From Podarcis liolepis (Eukaryota): a DNA stretch of 64,000 nt. Every line of letters starts with the position of its first letter. Position 1 is the first letter of the stretch. Positions 1 to 12,877 of this stretch are shown here, piece by piece. The DNA lies in the NCBI GenBank assembly GCA_965112155.1, contig OZ218106.1, one strand, 5' to 3'. The notes under the pieces were generated by a model. It searched no databases. It worked only from the letters and a program-made list of their open reading frames with translations, and was not told the origin of the DNA. Both the position numbers and the translations under genes were made by a program.

Positions 1-480
1 TGGTTAGGGTTGTGCTGTTAGTGACCAAACCTACCGCTCTTTGTTAAAACGTTTTTAATGAACATATGGAATCTTCTCTATGACATTAAGGCACCTAAGC
101 AGAAGAGGAAAGACTTCAAAAATAAATGAGTACAAAGCACCATTTGACATTGATTTCAGTGGATTCATGATTGAAGTACAGTAGTTGAATGATTTGTATT
201 GTTAGAAGGAAAAAAGTAAAGAACAAGCCCAAATTCTCTGGTAACAATGGCTTGGGAGAGCAGGGGGGAGGTGGTAGGATGGTGTGTTAGTGCTTCTCTG
301 CTGACCTCTGCTAGTGACATGGGGCGGAGGGGGGGGGGACTCCACTGTAGCAGAGTATTGATGATTTTGGATCCACTGGATCTGAAGTCCAACAGATTCC
401 TAGAGTCTTTACTGTTGGGCCCTTCATCTACTCCAGCCTGGAGCATGTGTAGTGAAAAGAAGGAAAGAAACCATTCTGTA

Positions 481-624
481 CCAGCCTGTGGAATGCCCTC
501 TCGTCAGATGTTAAGCAGATGAGTAATTATATAACATTTAGGAAACACCTGAAGGCAGCCCTGTATAGGGAAGCTTTTTAATGTTTAATGTTTTACTGTG
601 TTTTTATATGGAAGCAGCCCAGAG
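481..624 (+). mobile_element. L2 LINE 3' end fragment running into the assembly gap
   Basis: ctgtggaatgccctc...aattat...acatttaggaaacacctgaaggcagccctgtatagggaag aligns by eye with the 3' end of the L2 copy at 46450-46600. Confidence 0.85.
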
Positions 625-801
625 NNNNNNNNNNNNNNNNNNNNNNNNNNNNNNNNNNNNNNNNNNNNNNNNNNNNNNNNNNNNNNNNNNNNNNNNNNNN
701 NNNNNNNNNNNNNNNNNNNNNNNNNNNNNNNNNNNNNNNNNNNNNNNNNNNNNNNNNNNNNNNNNNNNNNNNNNNNNNNNNNNNNNNNNNNNNNNNNNNN
801 N
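625..801. other. Assembly gap (177 N)
   Basis: Run of N. Confidence 1.
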
Positions 802-928
802 TGGAAGCCAATGGACCTATGGACCTTTTGATCTGGCTATAGATTTCACACGTTGTTCCCCTCCATACTTTGTCCACATTGTTCCTGTAAAGCATGAGCT
901 TTTTGTTGTTGAGCTTTTTGTTGTTGGG

Positions 929-1049
929 CAGTGGTGCCCAAACTTTTTTCAAAGAGGGCCAGATTTTTGATCAAGTGAACATGCATGAGCTTTTTGTTGT
1001 TGAGCTTTTTTTAGGATTAGGCCCCCAAATTGGACTTTGGACATACCTG
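929..1049. mobile_element. hAT-type MITE
   Basis: Imperfect TIRs CAGTGGTGCCCAAACT / ACTTTGGACATACCTG. Near-identical 8-bp flanks CTGTAAAG (885-892) and CTGCAAAG (1050-1057). Confidence 0.65.
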
Positions 1050-2609
1050 CTGCAAAGAATAAGCAATTTGTAGCATCCATAACATTTAAGAAGATACCTG
1101 GAGGATCAGAAGGAGATCCTAATATATTCCCAGTGTTCAACAATAAGCCTACCGATTTTCCAATTTGCCATAAGTGGGAGGAAATCAGTGCATCTGCATG
1201 TCATTGAACGCTTAAGAGTCCATATCATTCAAATCCTTCTTTATGGACAGACTCCTTCACCATGAGGGGCATATCCTGATGGTTACAAACATTTTAGTAC
1301 ATGAATTTCACTGTTTATTTATTAATGCTGCTTAAACTGTTTCTGCCTCAGCAGTCTGAGCCATCCTTGCCTATCTTAATCCAAATATTTAGTAGCATAT
1401 CTGCTTTTCTCATCATTAGGTACATCAGACTGTGCACTGATATATGTCGTGAACAGGGATGGAGTGAAATAATTATTTCTCTGGATAAATTCCACTGCTG
1501 TACTGGTATTGTGCTGGCAGCTGGATGTGACCCTGGAATTTGTGTTGCATGAACAAAGGTAGAGAGGAATCAAGGTCAGTGAATTCATTGCTATTAATTT
1601 GCAAGCTCATTTTTGACCTTGTTGCAACATCGGATCTTTGAAGATGGATGGTATTAAATATTATATTTTATGTAGGCTACAATCTTCTTAATTGTTTTAT
1701 TACTATATTTCGCCAAAAGCAGTTTAAAAGTCATGAGCTTTAACAAGCTCCTTTTATACCATCCACTGCCTCTGAGTATTTTGCAACTTTGTTTCTTGGG
1801 AGGTGTTACCAAAGCATTATGACTTTTGCTCTTTTTCCTCCTGAAAAAAGGGAAGTTGACAATTAATCCTCAGTGATAATCCAAGAATGTGAGAAGTGGG
1901 AATGATCCTCAATAGGTCCTGCAAGTGGGCTGGCGTGCTTTGCTGTTCTTGTTTAAATGCTAGTTAGCCCTGTTCCCGAATGTTTTCACTTTGCCTCTTT
2001 TGTCTTTTTATTTTGCCTTTCCGCTCTGAACACAGAGTGCTCAAGGCAGCGAATTTCATTAAAACAGCAGAAACTCCAATATACGTTACACAATGAAAAC
2101 AATTAAAAATCGCAAAAGTATCACTCAGTAAAACAAACCGTCAGAAAATACACAAAATCAGATTCAAGGGAGGCCAGTAAGGTCTACTGAATACCCTCCA
2201 AGTGTCCTGATTTTCCACGGACAGTCCTGGAATTACGAAAGCCATCCTGGCTTCTGGTTTGGTCACGGAATGCCCCTATTTAACCCATCAGTGCTTCCAC
2301 TGCTGAACTTGAGGAAGAAGATGAACTGGCTCTTTTCCTGAGCGATGGCGGCTGCAGCTGCAGAGGCTGAGAGGGAGCACCATGTTGCCTCTCCATGGCC
2401 GCTGCTGCCGGCCTCCTCCTTTGGCAGCTCATAGTGGCTGCTGGAAGGCAGGCAAGGAGGAGGAGAGGCTGCCACCAAGCCCCACATGATGCGCTGGCTC
2501 TGAGGGGCAGGCAGAGGGCAGAAGCACCCTGGGTGGGAAAAAAGGGAGAGTGAAGCAGAGTACAAGGAATCTTGATTATTATTTTTTAATGCTTTGTGCA
2601 TGTAATCTT

Positions 2610-2977
2610 AAAAGGTAAAGGTAAAGAATCCTTGACAGTTAAGTCCAGTCACAAATGACTCTGGGGTTGTGGCGCCCACTCGCTTTACTGGCCGGGGAGC
2701 TGACGTTTGTTCACAGACAGTTTTTCCAGGTCATGTGGCCAGCATGACTAAGCCACTTCTGGCGAAACCAGAGCAGCGCACGGAAACGCCGTTTACCTTC
2801 CCACTGGAGCAGTACCTATTTAACTACTTGCACTTTGACATGCTTTTGAACTGCTAGGTGGGCAGGAGCAGGGACCGAGCAACGGGAGCTCACCCTGTCG
2901 CGGGGATTCGAACCACTGACCTTCCAATTGGCAAGCCCTAGGCTCAGTGGTTTAGACCCCAACGCCACCCGCGTCCC
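2610..2977 (-). mobile_element. Full-length Sauria SINE
   Basis: Minus strand: tRNA-like head (GGGACGCGGGTGGCG...GGTTCGAATCCCCGCGAC), typical body, (ACCTTT)n tail. Degenerate TSD ...taatctta on both sides. Confidence 0.93.
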
Positions 2978-3324
2978 TATATCTAATCTTACCCCATTCT
3001 AAAATTTATTTATTGGTGTGTATTTTTCTTTTTGTAAATCTGCCAAAGAATAAAATTAAATAAAATTGGGATTATGGGATTTTCTAAGGACAGTGGAGAG
3101 TGTGTGTCCTGTGTCCTGTTGGTGTAAGTGGTGTTGGCCCTTCTCATATGTAGCATAATCCTGCTGCTGCTGCTGTGTTGGACAATTATTTCCGATTGCT
3201 AATTTTCAAGGAGTGTGTGTCCTTTACGTTCACACTGATAGCCCCATTCTAACATTAGCAAAGATGAACATTTATTTTGTTACTTTCCCCAACAATTGGG
3301 TTATTTCAACATAATAGTGCGTGT

Positions 3325-3325
<1 letters not shown>

Positions 3326-3358
<33 letters not shown>

Positions 3359-3369
3359 ACACACACACA
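3326..3369. repeat. (CA)n microsatellite
   Basis: Direct observation. Confidence 0.95.
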
Positions 3370-5499
3370 TGTAGATGGGCAGAAAATTTCCCACAGATAG
3401 CTTACAAAAATACCTTTATTAATAATGATGGCAAATGACATCTTCAAACCAATTATTCTTGCCCCATGCAGCAACCTTCACCAGCTGCTTTTGAAACAGC
3501 TAACATACCATTCCTTGTTTATGTAGATTTGACCTGTCTCATAATAATTAGCAGGTATTTCCATTAAAAAAGCAGAAGAGTGCCCTTATGTTCACTGTCA
3601 TCATAGCATTGCAGCAGGTGTTCTAATGCAAATATTTAGGATTAAAATGCCAGTGCTGTAATTGAATAGTCTCTGTTAAATGAATCAGAGCTTTCGACTA
3701 GCCTGAGTGCTGGGATCGCTAAGCACTGTGGCTTGATAGCAGTGTAGCTTGCAGTGGTTATACATCATGGCTACATATACTGTGGACATTGGTTGATACA
3801 ATGGTGGCCATTGAGGAAAGTTGTTGTGCAGTGATGGGTTCTAATCTGGCATTTCACATGGTTTTATTTCTATGGATCATGGCATCAGTGCAGCTGGCAC
3901 AAGTTGAAACTAAAATGTACCCTTCATGAAAAGCTCCTCTCTCAGATGTGTCTTGGAAAGAACAGCTAACATCCTGACCTTAATTGTTGCAGAAAATATC
4001 AGAGCACTAATCTTTATATTTCCCAGAAATATCTCGTTATCACCTTGCTGTATGCAGGAACCGGCCTTCACACAGTCAATGGAATTCTCTTGCAAAGTAA
4101 ATTTACGACTCAGGAACTGTAAAGATAAAGATGTGGTCTTCCCAAAATTAAGGTTGTGTCCTCTGCACTTCAAACTTATCTCTCAAAGCCCAGTAGTACA
4201 CTAGAGAGAGCAAACAACAGTTCAAAGGACTTGATATTGTGCTATTTACTCACCAAGGAAGCCCCCTGCCCTCTCTATAGCCGTTAGCTAGAGTCAAACT
4301 ATACTTAAACCCATGGTTTTCAATGGTTTGTTAGCTCACCGCTCCAACAGGACCCCTTCTTTCCTTCTCAGTGATCTCAGGGATCAAGCCTCTTAGGCTT
4401 CACTGGACTACAGACCAAGAAACGGTGTGAGGTTGTGTTGCTGGCATAGGATTTGAAGGGGAGAGCTTAACTCTTGCAGAAGGCACAGAGCTCAGCTCCT
4501 TGACTTTGTGCTCCTCTATTTTCCCTCTCTTGTAGTGTGAATACTGTGGCACATTGCTGTATTCCCTTTTTCTAGGCTTTGGGTAGTTAGGAACTTTTTA
4601 ACTCTTATACCTTTTTTATTACAATGGTGTTGTATGTACTGAATGATTATTTGCTGCCTGTATATCAAGAGAGTTTGTTGGAACTATACACATGTGGGCC
4701 CAGATGTTTGCCTCATAACCGTTGGGAATTCCTTGCTGTCATCTTGGGGTGGTGAGGAGAACACAGACCCTTACCCAGCAACTATCAGGGAATGACGGTG
4801 GTAAAGGCAGTGCCATCCAGCTGTGTGGTTGCAGATTGGATATATGATGTATCAGCCTCTGTTTGCTAATTAATTCATTGGATGCCAACAAAATTTGCAG
4901 CTGATTCAAAATTTTGTGTATTTACATAGCTTCACAAAGCACAGGATCAGAAAATGTTAGCAACAAACAAAACACAGAAACACTGAACTTATCCATTGTT
5001 CCAGACTGTATTTCGATTTTCTTGGCTGGCTGGTGCTTTCACCTCCAGGAACAGAGAACAAAGACAGAGGAAGGCATCGTGCTTGAGTGTGTACAGTTTG
5101 TCTCTTTACATGGAGTCCCCCTCCCTCCAGAACTTGACCACCTCTTTTCACTCTGAATTGGAATCCTTCAAAGGTTGTTTCTTCATGGAAAAGGAGCTAC
5201 AATCCAGCTTTATATGCATCTGTTTTAAGGTCAGAGATGATTCTTCCTCCCATCACATTTTTACAAGTGGCTTGTGCAGATATTGCAGCCTTCCAACAAC
5301 ATTATGAGTGGCCATTATATCACATTTTATTGTTTCCATGCAATAAGCCTGTTTTCTCTTTTTGCAATGCATCAATTTTTCCAAGGCCAGTTCAATACAT
5401 TTTGCTGCTCGAGACAGCTGGATTAACAGCTGGCATTAATTTCAATATGTTGTGTTCTCCACTATGCCTGAAATTTGGATTGCATTTATATCCCCCCCC

Positions 5500-5695
5500 T
5501 TTTTCTCCAAGGAGCTTGAGGTAGCATACATGGTTCTCCCTGCCTTCTCAAAATAATCCACACAACTCTGTCAGGTAGGTTAGGCTGAGAGGCGGTGGCT
5601 AGCCCAAGATCACCCAGTAAGCTTCATGACCAAATGGGGAATTTGACCCCTGGTTTCCTGGGTCCTAGTCTTGACACTCACCACCCCACTGCACT
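5500..5695 (-). mobile_element. Diverged Squam3/MIR-like tRNA SINE
   Basis: Reverse-complement similarity to the plus-strand copy at 48886-49140 (ggctagcccaagatcacccag vs ctgggtgaccttgggctagtc). Confidence 0.65.
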
Positions 5696-6345
5696 AATTC
5701 TTATTTAGGGGACAGAGGAAAGACACCTGGTCCCTGTTTCCTGACCTCTAGTATCTGCAGTATCAGGCAGCTGTTTCTCTCTGTTTAATGTTTGGGCTAG
5801 CCCTTTACTAGAAAGGGCCTGAATGAGCTTTTCCTCTTTAGCTCATGTTGTGGAGCCCAGAGGCACAGAAGTATGCAAGCAGGATTTCCTAACTTAGCTT
5901 TGCTCCACTTAAAGAAGCCCAGCATGCTCACCTTCCCTAAAGGCCGTTCTTGCCACACAGGCTGCTAGAAATAGTTTATGTCTTGTGACTTTCTGACTTT
6001 CTTCTGATTCCATTGTTTAGCTTCTTTTCCTAAATTTGGGGATCACTCCAGGATCTAGATCTAGAGGTTTTACTATAGACAGTACGGATGTACACTGTGG
6101 CTGTCATCAGCATGGGTGTCTAACACAGCTGTCCCTGATGACTATAGATAAAAGAACCTGTATCCCCCTCCTCTGTCAATTGCTCTGCAACAGCAGTGCC
6201 TCTTGTATAATATGTTCCTAGCAGCTAGAACATGGCTTTAGCATGCAGATCTAGGCTGGCTAACCTCTACTGGTTGTTGGGCTCAGCTCCTATCAGGCCC
6301 AGCCAACATGGCCAATGGTCAAGGTTGATGGGAGTTGATCTAGAG

Positions 6346-6596
6346 CAGGGGTCAGCAAACTTTTTCAGCAGGGGGCCAGTCCACTGTCCCTCAGACCTTG
6401 TGGGGAGCTGGACTATATTTTGAAAAATAATACTGAATGAATTCCTATGCCCCACAAATAACCCAGAGATGCATTTTAAATAAAAGGACACATTCTACTC
6501 ATGTAAAAACACGCTGATTTCCGGACCATCCGCGGGCCGGATTTAGAAGGCGATTTGGCCGGATCCAAGCCCCGGGCCTTAGTTTGCCTACCCATG
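6346..6596. mobile_element. hAT (Charlie-like) MITE
   Basis: TIRs CAGGGGTCAGCAAACT / AGTTTGCCTACCCATG. 8-bp TSD ATCTAGAG / CTCTAGAG fits the NTCTAGAN target preference. Confidence 0.85.
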
Positions 6597-6649
6597 CTCT
6601 AGAGTGATCTACAAAAATCTCAAACTCTGACATAAGTGATGGATAGAAC

Positions 6650-7321
6650 CAGGGCCCTCTTTAGCATATGCGCCACTGGGGTGCAAAGATCCGTAGAGTG
6701 TCCCCAAATTTAGTTTAGCCCCCCAATTTACTTTTATTATGCTTATGTCAGACACCACGCTTATGCCTTATCTCTTGTTTATGAAAGAAGGGAGGAAAAA
6801 GAAACAAACTTTTTTATTTGCTCATTTATTTACAGTACACTTATACTTAAGTATACACCACCATCACACTTAAAGTTATAAGTATTGTTTAGGCACCTAC
6901 TTAGGAGAAACATCAGTCGTGTCAAAGGTGCCGCTGACCCTGCTGCCGCATAACAGCTCAATACAATACGTAACATAATATTTTGATGTAAGAGTTAATT
7001 TTGCGTGCACGGTGCTGTTGAGAATGACAAGTGTCATTGTTGAGTCTGACAAGCGCCACCGTTGTGAATGATGTCACAAGTGTCTTTGGTAAATGAGCGC
7101 ACAAAGTCGAAAGTCCTTTAGTGAAACAGTAGGTATACATTTCGGTTATACCTAGGTATATATGTATTTTGTTTTTCTAGCTTGATCAAAATTATTAATT
7201 ATTTCATAACAGGTAGATAGTTAAGAGCTTAGGCGGCTTCAGTGGCGGGCACCTGGTGCTCCCCAGAATTCGGTGCCTGGGTGCCCTGCACCCCTTTCAC
7301 CCCTGGGTAAAGGCGGCCCTG
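6650..7321. mobile_element. Non-autonomous hAT element (672 bp)
   Basis: TIRs CAGGGCCCTCTTTA / TAAAGGCGGCCCTG. Perfect 8-bp TSD GATAGAAC (6642-6649, 7322-7329). Confidence 0.9.
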
Positions 7322-8220
7322 GATAGAACTATACCAGGGATAGGGAAGTTGAGGCTTTGGAGCCCCTCTGACTAATTCTTGGGACTCTCCCAAAACCACA
7401 TCCCATTGCCAGCTAACCTCCCCCCCCCATCTCAGGTCACGTCCCTCATCAGTCCTTCTTGGGTGTCTTTCACCTGGCTAGAAAGCATCCTTGAGCTCTG
7501 ATAATGCCTCTTGCTGCATAGATAGGGACATTTGAGTGTGGGTAGAAGCAAGATCGAGAGAGAGATGTTTATGGGTAGAATGACGCCTACTGTAAAAAGG
7601 TAGAACTAACATTTGTGGCTCTACTCATGTCATACCCCTCAACTGTCCTGATAAAATTGGAACATTGTTTTTGTGTGTGCACAACATGCATTTTTGGGTG
7701 CCAGGATCTTGCATTGCAATCTTGCCCCCCCCCCCTCAAAAAAGCACTTTTTGTGGGCCTTCTCCTGCAGGGCCCAAAACACACTTTTTAGGCACTGGGG
7801 GAGCACGGGCACAAAAAAGTACATCTTTGGGAGCTGCGATCTCACACATGCCATGTGATTCGTGTGGAAACACAGCCCCGGAAGACACGCATCCCGGTTT
7901 TTCACTTCAGTATGTCATGTTGGGTCTGCCCACCAACTGGCATTTGGCCTCTAGTAGGGAACAGATCCCTCAGGCTGAAAAAGGTTCCCCAATTCTGGGC
8001 TAGATTAAAGGGCTTCTGAGCATTATTATTTTTCCAGAGTCAGCTCCAGATCTGAGGTGTCCTTAGCAATGAGCCTTCTGGTGGGGTTCTCTCCTCTATT
8101 GGTAGGCCTCAGAGGTGGCAACCACCATTTTCATGTCCTAGAATTCTCCATTGGGAGAACAGTGGTATTTAGACCCAGCCACCAGGTGATTCCTGGACTG
8201 TGTGGCAGAACACTGGATCA

Positions 8221-8395
8221 CAGGAAGCTGCCTTATGTTAAGTCCATTGATCTCATTATTGTCTACCAAGACTGGGAGCGGCTTTCTAGGTTTTCAGGCA
8301 GGGATTTCTCCCGGCCCTGCCTGAAGATGTGGAGGATTGAACCTGGAGCCTCCTGCATGCACACAGATGCTCTACCACTGAGCTATGGCCCTTCA
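8221..8395 (-). mobile_element. Squam2-type tRNA-derived SINE
   Basis: Minus-strand head GGGCCATAGCTCAGTGGTAGAGCATCTG...GGTTCAATCC with A and B boxes. Related copies at 58216-58392 and 29180-30055. Confidence 0.75.
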
Positions 8396-11300
8396 GCTAA
8401 TGCCAGGTGTTGATGCTGGCCCCAGTTCATTTGAAAGACTGGATCTATTGATCATGAAGACATTTTTGTGAAATGGTTTTCCTTCCATGCTATGTCATGT
8501 CTGAGAACAGATGTCTTTTTATGCCACAGACAATGGATAGGAGTGTCTATTCCAGCAGCCTGCACGTTTCCAATACGGAACATTAGCTCCCAAAATGATT
8601 TCAGAAGTCTGAAGCTGCTGGCTGTCGATAGAGAAACATCCATGAGTGGTAATGATTTAAAAGGCTGTCTTATGGGAATTTTTTTGTGATTCAACATTAG
8701 GCTTTTTTTAAAAAGAAGAAGACGACGAAGAAGAAGAAGGATGTTTATAATGATGATAGGAAACCTTCACTAAGAAAATCTGCAGGTAACTCAAAGGAGA
8801 TGAGACAAATAAGTAAGAAAGTGTGCATAGTTTGACTGCAGAAAAGTCAAAAGGTCCTGAGTATAATATATTAGAAAATAGCTAAATGTGGGGTTGCATT
8901 TCTGAGACAAACATTATGTGCCAAATTGGCTGCCTCGGGAAAAGCAGCAGTTTGGAAAAGGATATTGGAGTACGTTGATGGCAAGTTAATAATAGGCATA
9001 TTAAAAGGAGACTTTCTGGATACCAAGGTCCAGGTTTGGGGCAAGTACTCTTTGGTGAGAAAACCCCAGCAGAGATTTAAAATCACAAAGCATGCAGCAA
9101 AGTAAAGTGTGGAAATATAGGCTGTTGGCTTTTAAAAACATGCCCTTTTGAGTTCCAAAACTTTGCTCTCTCCCAGCATAGGAAAAGGTAATATTTGGTT
9201 AGTTAAAAATTGGTTTACTTACAAACTCTCAAAAGGTTAGGTTCATACATCAATCAGAAAGGTTGCATAGCCAGTAAAACTTAGTTTAGTTTCAAAGTGG
9301 TCAAAGTTTCTAAATTGTTGGTATTATTGGAGCAAACAGCTCAGACCTCCTCACACATTTAGCTTCCTCAGTAGACTGGAGGTTGAATAATAGGCTTGAT
9401 TAGCTCCCTCCGAAGGTGAAGGGGAGTGAGCTAGCTAAGCCTGGCAGGACAGCTTACTCTATGGTATTAACCCCTTCATGCATTAATTAGACTCAAGCAT
9501 GTTGGTTATATGAAGCTGGTTATCCCACAGAGTACAGTAATTGTATTTAGCTGTTTCAACAGAAGCATATCAGTGCGTCACTCAGTGCTCTGATCAAAAG
9601 AACCAGACAAAAAGGGAAAATATTGATGAAAGGCAAATGAGAATGGATTTATGCGTAACCTATTTCCTTGAGTAATTTCTAGCATATTAGTTTTAGCAGT
9701 GCCCATATGTTGACTATAGGTAAGGTATGGGCCACATATAAACATATGGGTGATGTGGAATATACCGGTACCTCAACTTTCTTCTCTCTCTCTCTCTCTT
9801 TTAAAAAAAGAGAAACTAGAAACAGCTATCAAAGATGAGAATCAGTCCCCCAATTTTAGTCAAATGCCCTAACCCTCCATTGCATCATACAGTTCAGTTT
9901 TTAGAAGAAGTGTTCAGATCTATATGTATATTTTTCTCTTCTTGAAACTTCTTCATTAAGTTACCAGTGCTTACATACTATCTTTTTAGTATATGCATTA
10001 TAGATAGATGCTCCAGTTTTACAAAGACTGCCAAGTTAACAGCCTTCAATTAGTCAAAAAGATAGTCCTCCTCTAATCACAAACTCAGCAGGCAATTGAA
10101 TCAAAGGATTTAAAATCTATTTCAGCAATGCCTCCCAGATAACAGCATTGATCTGGATTGTCCCCGTTCACATTTTCTTGTCTGGCAAAGTAAAGTTTAA
10201 TAGAACCCGAGATGCAGGATGGCGGCTATACTGCAGAATATATGTAATTAAATGTCTTTCAGAGACACAGGCTTAAGCAGATCCAACATAGGTAAAGGTA
10301 ATAGGTTCTGTTAAATTATTGAATGTAAATGATGTGCAGGGGCAGGCTGAACAGCTGATTCCATCCAGTTTGGGTCCCTGGTACTCAATCATACATCCAT
10401 TCCACACAGCTCCATCTGTTGTGCGACATTGCTTTTCAATCCATCCCATTCTATCCCGTCCCATCTTTCCCGTCCCATCATGCACCTTTTGTACACATTT
10501 TGTGTGTACTTATGTAGAATGCACACTTGTCAATGCTTTCACCAGTAAAATTTGCATTATGTATACATCTTTTATGCAAGATGTGATGGTATTTTTGAGC
10601 TAACCTTTTGCATGCTGAAAATGCATTGCAAAACTGGGAGAAGGGAATAATCTGAATGGGAGTTGTATTCTGATCCACAAGCAAGTTCAGGAGCATCGCG
10701 TCAGGTCAATCTGCTGTAAAAAAAATGGGCCAAACAAACCAAACTTCCTCCTCTCCCTGCTAGTACGGGTGTATGTAACATAAACACCAATCTACTTGAT
10801 TTCTCATCTACCTAAAGGAGGGAATCCAAGTTGAAATAGCAGATGGGACTTAATGTGTTCATTAGTACAATATTGATTTGTACTAAGATGCCATAACAAA
10901 CAAGCAAGTGCTTTCAACTCAGAGCTACTCCTTTAGTAATCAGCCACTATCCCTGTGTCTTCCCTGCCTTTGAAGCTGGAAGAGCTTCAGAGCTATGGAA
11001 TTTCCTGAGAGCAGTAGAGAGGTAACACTTCTCAGTCCTGCTGGTCACTCCCAGCCACACTCAATGCTTGTATTCCCAATCATCTTTCCTTAAACATATA
11101 TACAATCATGGGGTTGTAACCTGAGGGTGGACACCTGAATATTGCTGCACTGAATGTGCTTTCACCTGTGATATGCAAGAAACCTGCCTATTCCCATTGT
11201 GTATAGCTACAGTAGTGCTGCATTTTTCAATATTCTCGAATCAATAAGGATCAAATGTTAAAGAACAGTTTCACAGCACACACCTAGACACATTTACTGG

Positions 11301-11461
11301 GAGTAAGTCCTGTTGAAAACAGTGGGAATTACTTTCAAGTAAACATATAAGCCATGATGCTGTAATTCACTTGCTTTTATGGCATTTCCTAAATTCTGTG
11401 CTACTTGTACTATAAATAGGTATCACACACACAATGGAGAAAAGCTAAAATGAGTTCTAGA

Positions 11462-11463
<2 letters not shown>

Positions 11464-11512
<49 letters not shown>
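11464..11512. repeat. (TC)n microsatellite
   Basis: Direct observation. Confidence 0.95.
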
Positions 11513-11515
<3 letters not shown>

Positions 11516-12392
11516 TTCATTTGCTTTATTTTCTCCTCTTTAATTAGTTTCATTCAATCACCCATCATTGTGAAGAGAATAAAGCAGTTAACACCAGAGC
11601 AGTCACTATAACTATGTATGCACTAGTGTCTTAAAATGCAGTGAGCCCATTTCCCTTTGCTGTGTTTCAGGTCACATTTGCACATTGTTGAACACACTGA
11701 ACACACTAGAGAGGAGGTGGGGGAGGGGTGCTTGCACATGACCTGCTTGGTTTCCCTTGGCCCTGTAACCTCAGCAACTCCTGTTCATGAAGCTATCATC
11801 TGCACATGTGCTGTAATCTGCACAGACGCAACAATCTCAAGTATACACACCTCAGCTCACCTGTGAAGTGAATTTGGCTTCAGTTTAATTGAGGCAGGCT
11901 TGAGGAGAAATGCCTCAAAGAAACTACAGGCAAGTACTGCATTGAGGTAGCACTGTGTATGCACTGATTCAAAACCCAGCGGTGGGAGCACACTAGAGCC
12001 AGAATAAATGGTAATGTGTACACAGCCTATGATTACATATAACCCAGACTCTATAATCAGTAAAACAGGTCTTTCAGAACGGACAGTAATGGGATTCATA
12101 AAGCAGACCCAAACTTTGGCCCATTTCCCATGCATTTGATACTCGCACAACAGCAACGTCCCTCCCTCCGGCATTATTCCTTTCTCTTTTTAGCTGCTGG
12201 CAACAGTCTACAAATGCTGAGTAAAAGCTATTTAATCAGATCATTTTTTTGCCGTGTGCTGTATTATAAATGAAAACAAATCTAACTATCACAATTTTGA
12301 CTGGGATACAGAGACAGGTGGATTACTGAGGTGCAAAACTTATGAAGTGATTCCTTATCTTGTTCCCTGTAGCACTACTTAAGCATTTACAG

Positions 12393-12483
12393 ATAATGAT
12401 AATAATAATAATAATATATTATTTATACCCCGCCGATCCAAGGCTTCCAACAATACAATAGTTCTTCAGCCATTAAAAGCTTC
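12393..12483 (-). mobile_element. Internally deleted L2 3' tail with (TAT)n end
   Basis: aataat...tttataccccgcc, ggcttccaaca and cattaaaagcttc match the reverse complement of the L2 tails at 46520-46685 and 560-624, and the minus copy at 48380-48510. Confidence 0.7.
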
Positions 12484-12617
12484 TGCTCGGGGGTCGCATA
12501 ACTAGTTAGCATGCCAGAGTCTCATTCATTATCGGAATTAACCAGAGAAATTGCTCCACCAACTAAGAACGGCCATGCACCAACACCCACAGAATCGAGA
12601 AAGAGCTATCAATCTGT
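12483..12617 (-). pseudogene. 18S rRNA fragment (135 bp, rRNA pseudogene)
   Basis: Reverse complement reads ACAGATTGATAGCTCTTTCTCGATTCTGTGGGTG...GCATGGCCGTTCTTAGTTGGTGGAGC...CTGGTTAATTCCGATAA...GACTCTGGCATGCTAACTAGTTA, a universally conserved eukaryotic 18S segment. Most differences from the recalled vertebrate 18S are CpG-to-TpG/CpA changes. Confidence 0.95.
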
Positions 12618-12877
12618 TATTGCCAGCACCAGAACTGGACACTATCCCTCTCCCCTTGTCCAGGCACAGCAGGGGTTCCACTATGGTGGAGGTGCCCCCA
12701 TCCCAGGGGAGTCTGATGGAGAAGATCTGATACACCATCCAGCTAACAGCAGCAGTGTGTTACTTTTTCACTTTTAGTTTAGTTTATTAATCAAAGAAAC
12801 AAGTCACATTGAGTTAAATGGGGAAGTGTGTATGGGACATGAAAGTCTCATGGAAATGAAAAATAAATCAAGCTATA

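Noticed and set aside
581-970. ORFs spanning the N run
   Set aside because: Artefacts of the assembly gap.
3984-4783. Possible old solo LTR (TGTTGC...GCAAC)
   Set aside because: No convincing TSD, terminal CA or poly(A) signal.
12483-12617. Functional rDNA unit or contamination
   Set aside because: Only 135 bp, CpG-decayed, embedded among host repeats, with no ITS, 5.8S or 28S sequence nearby.
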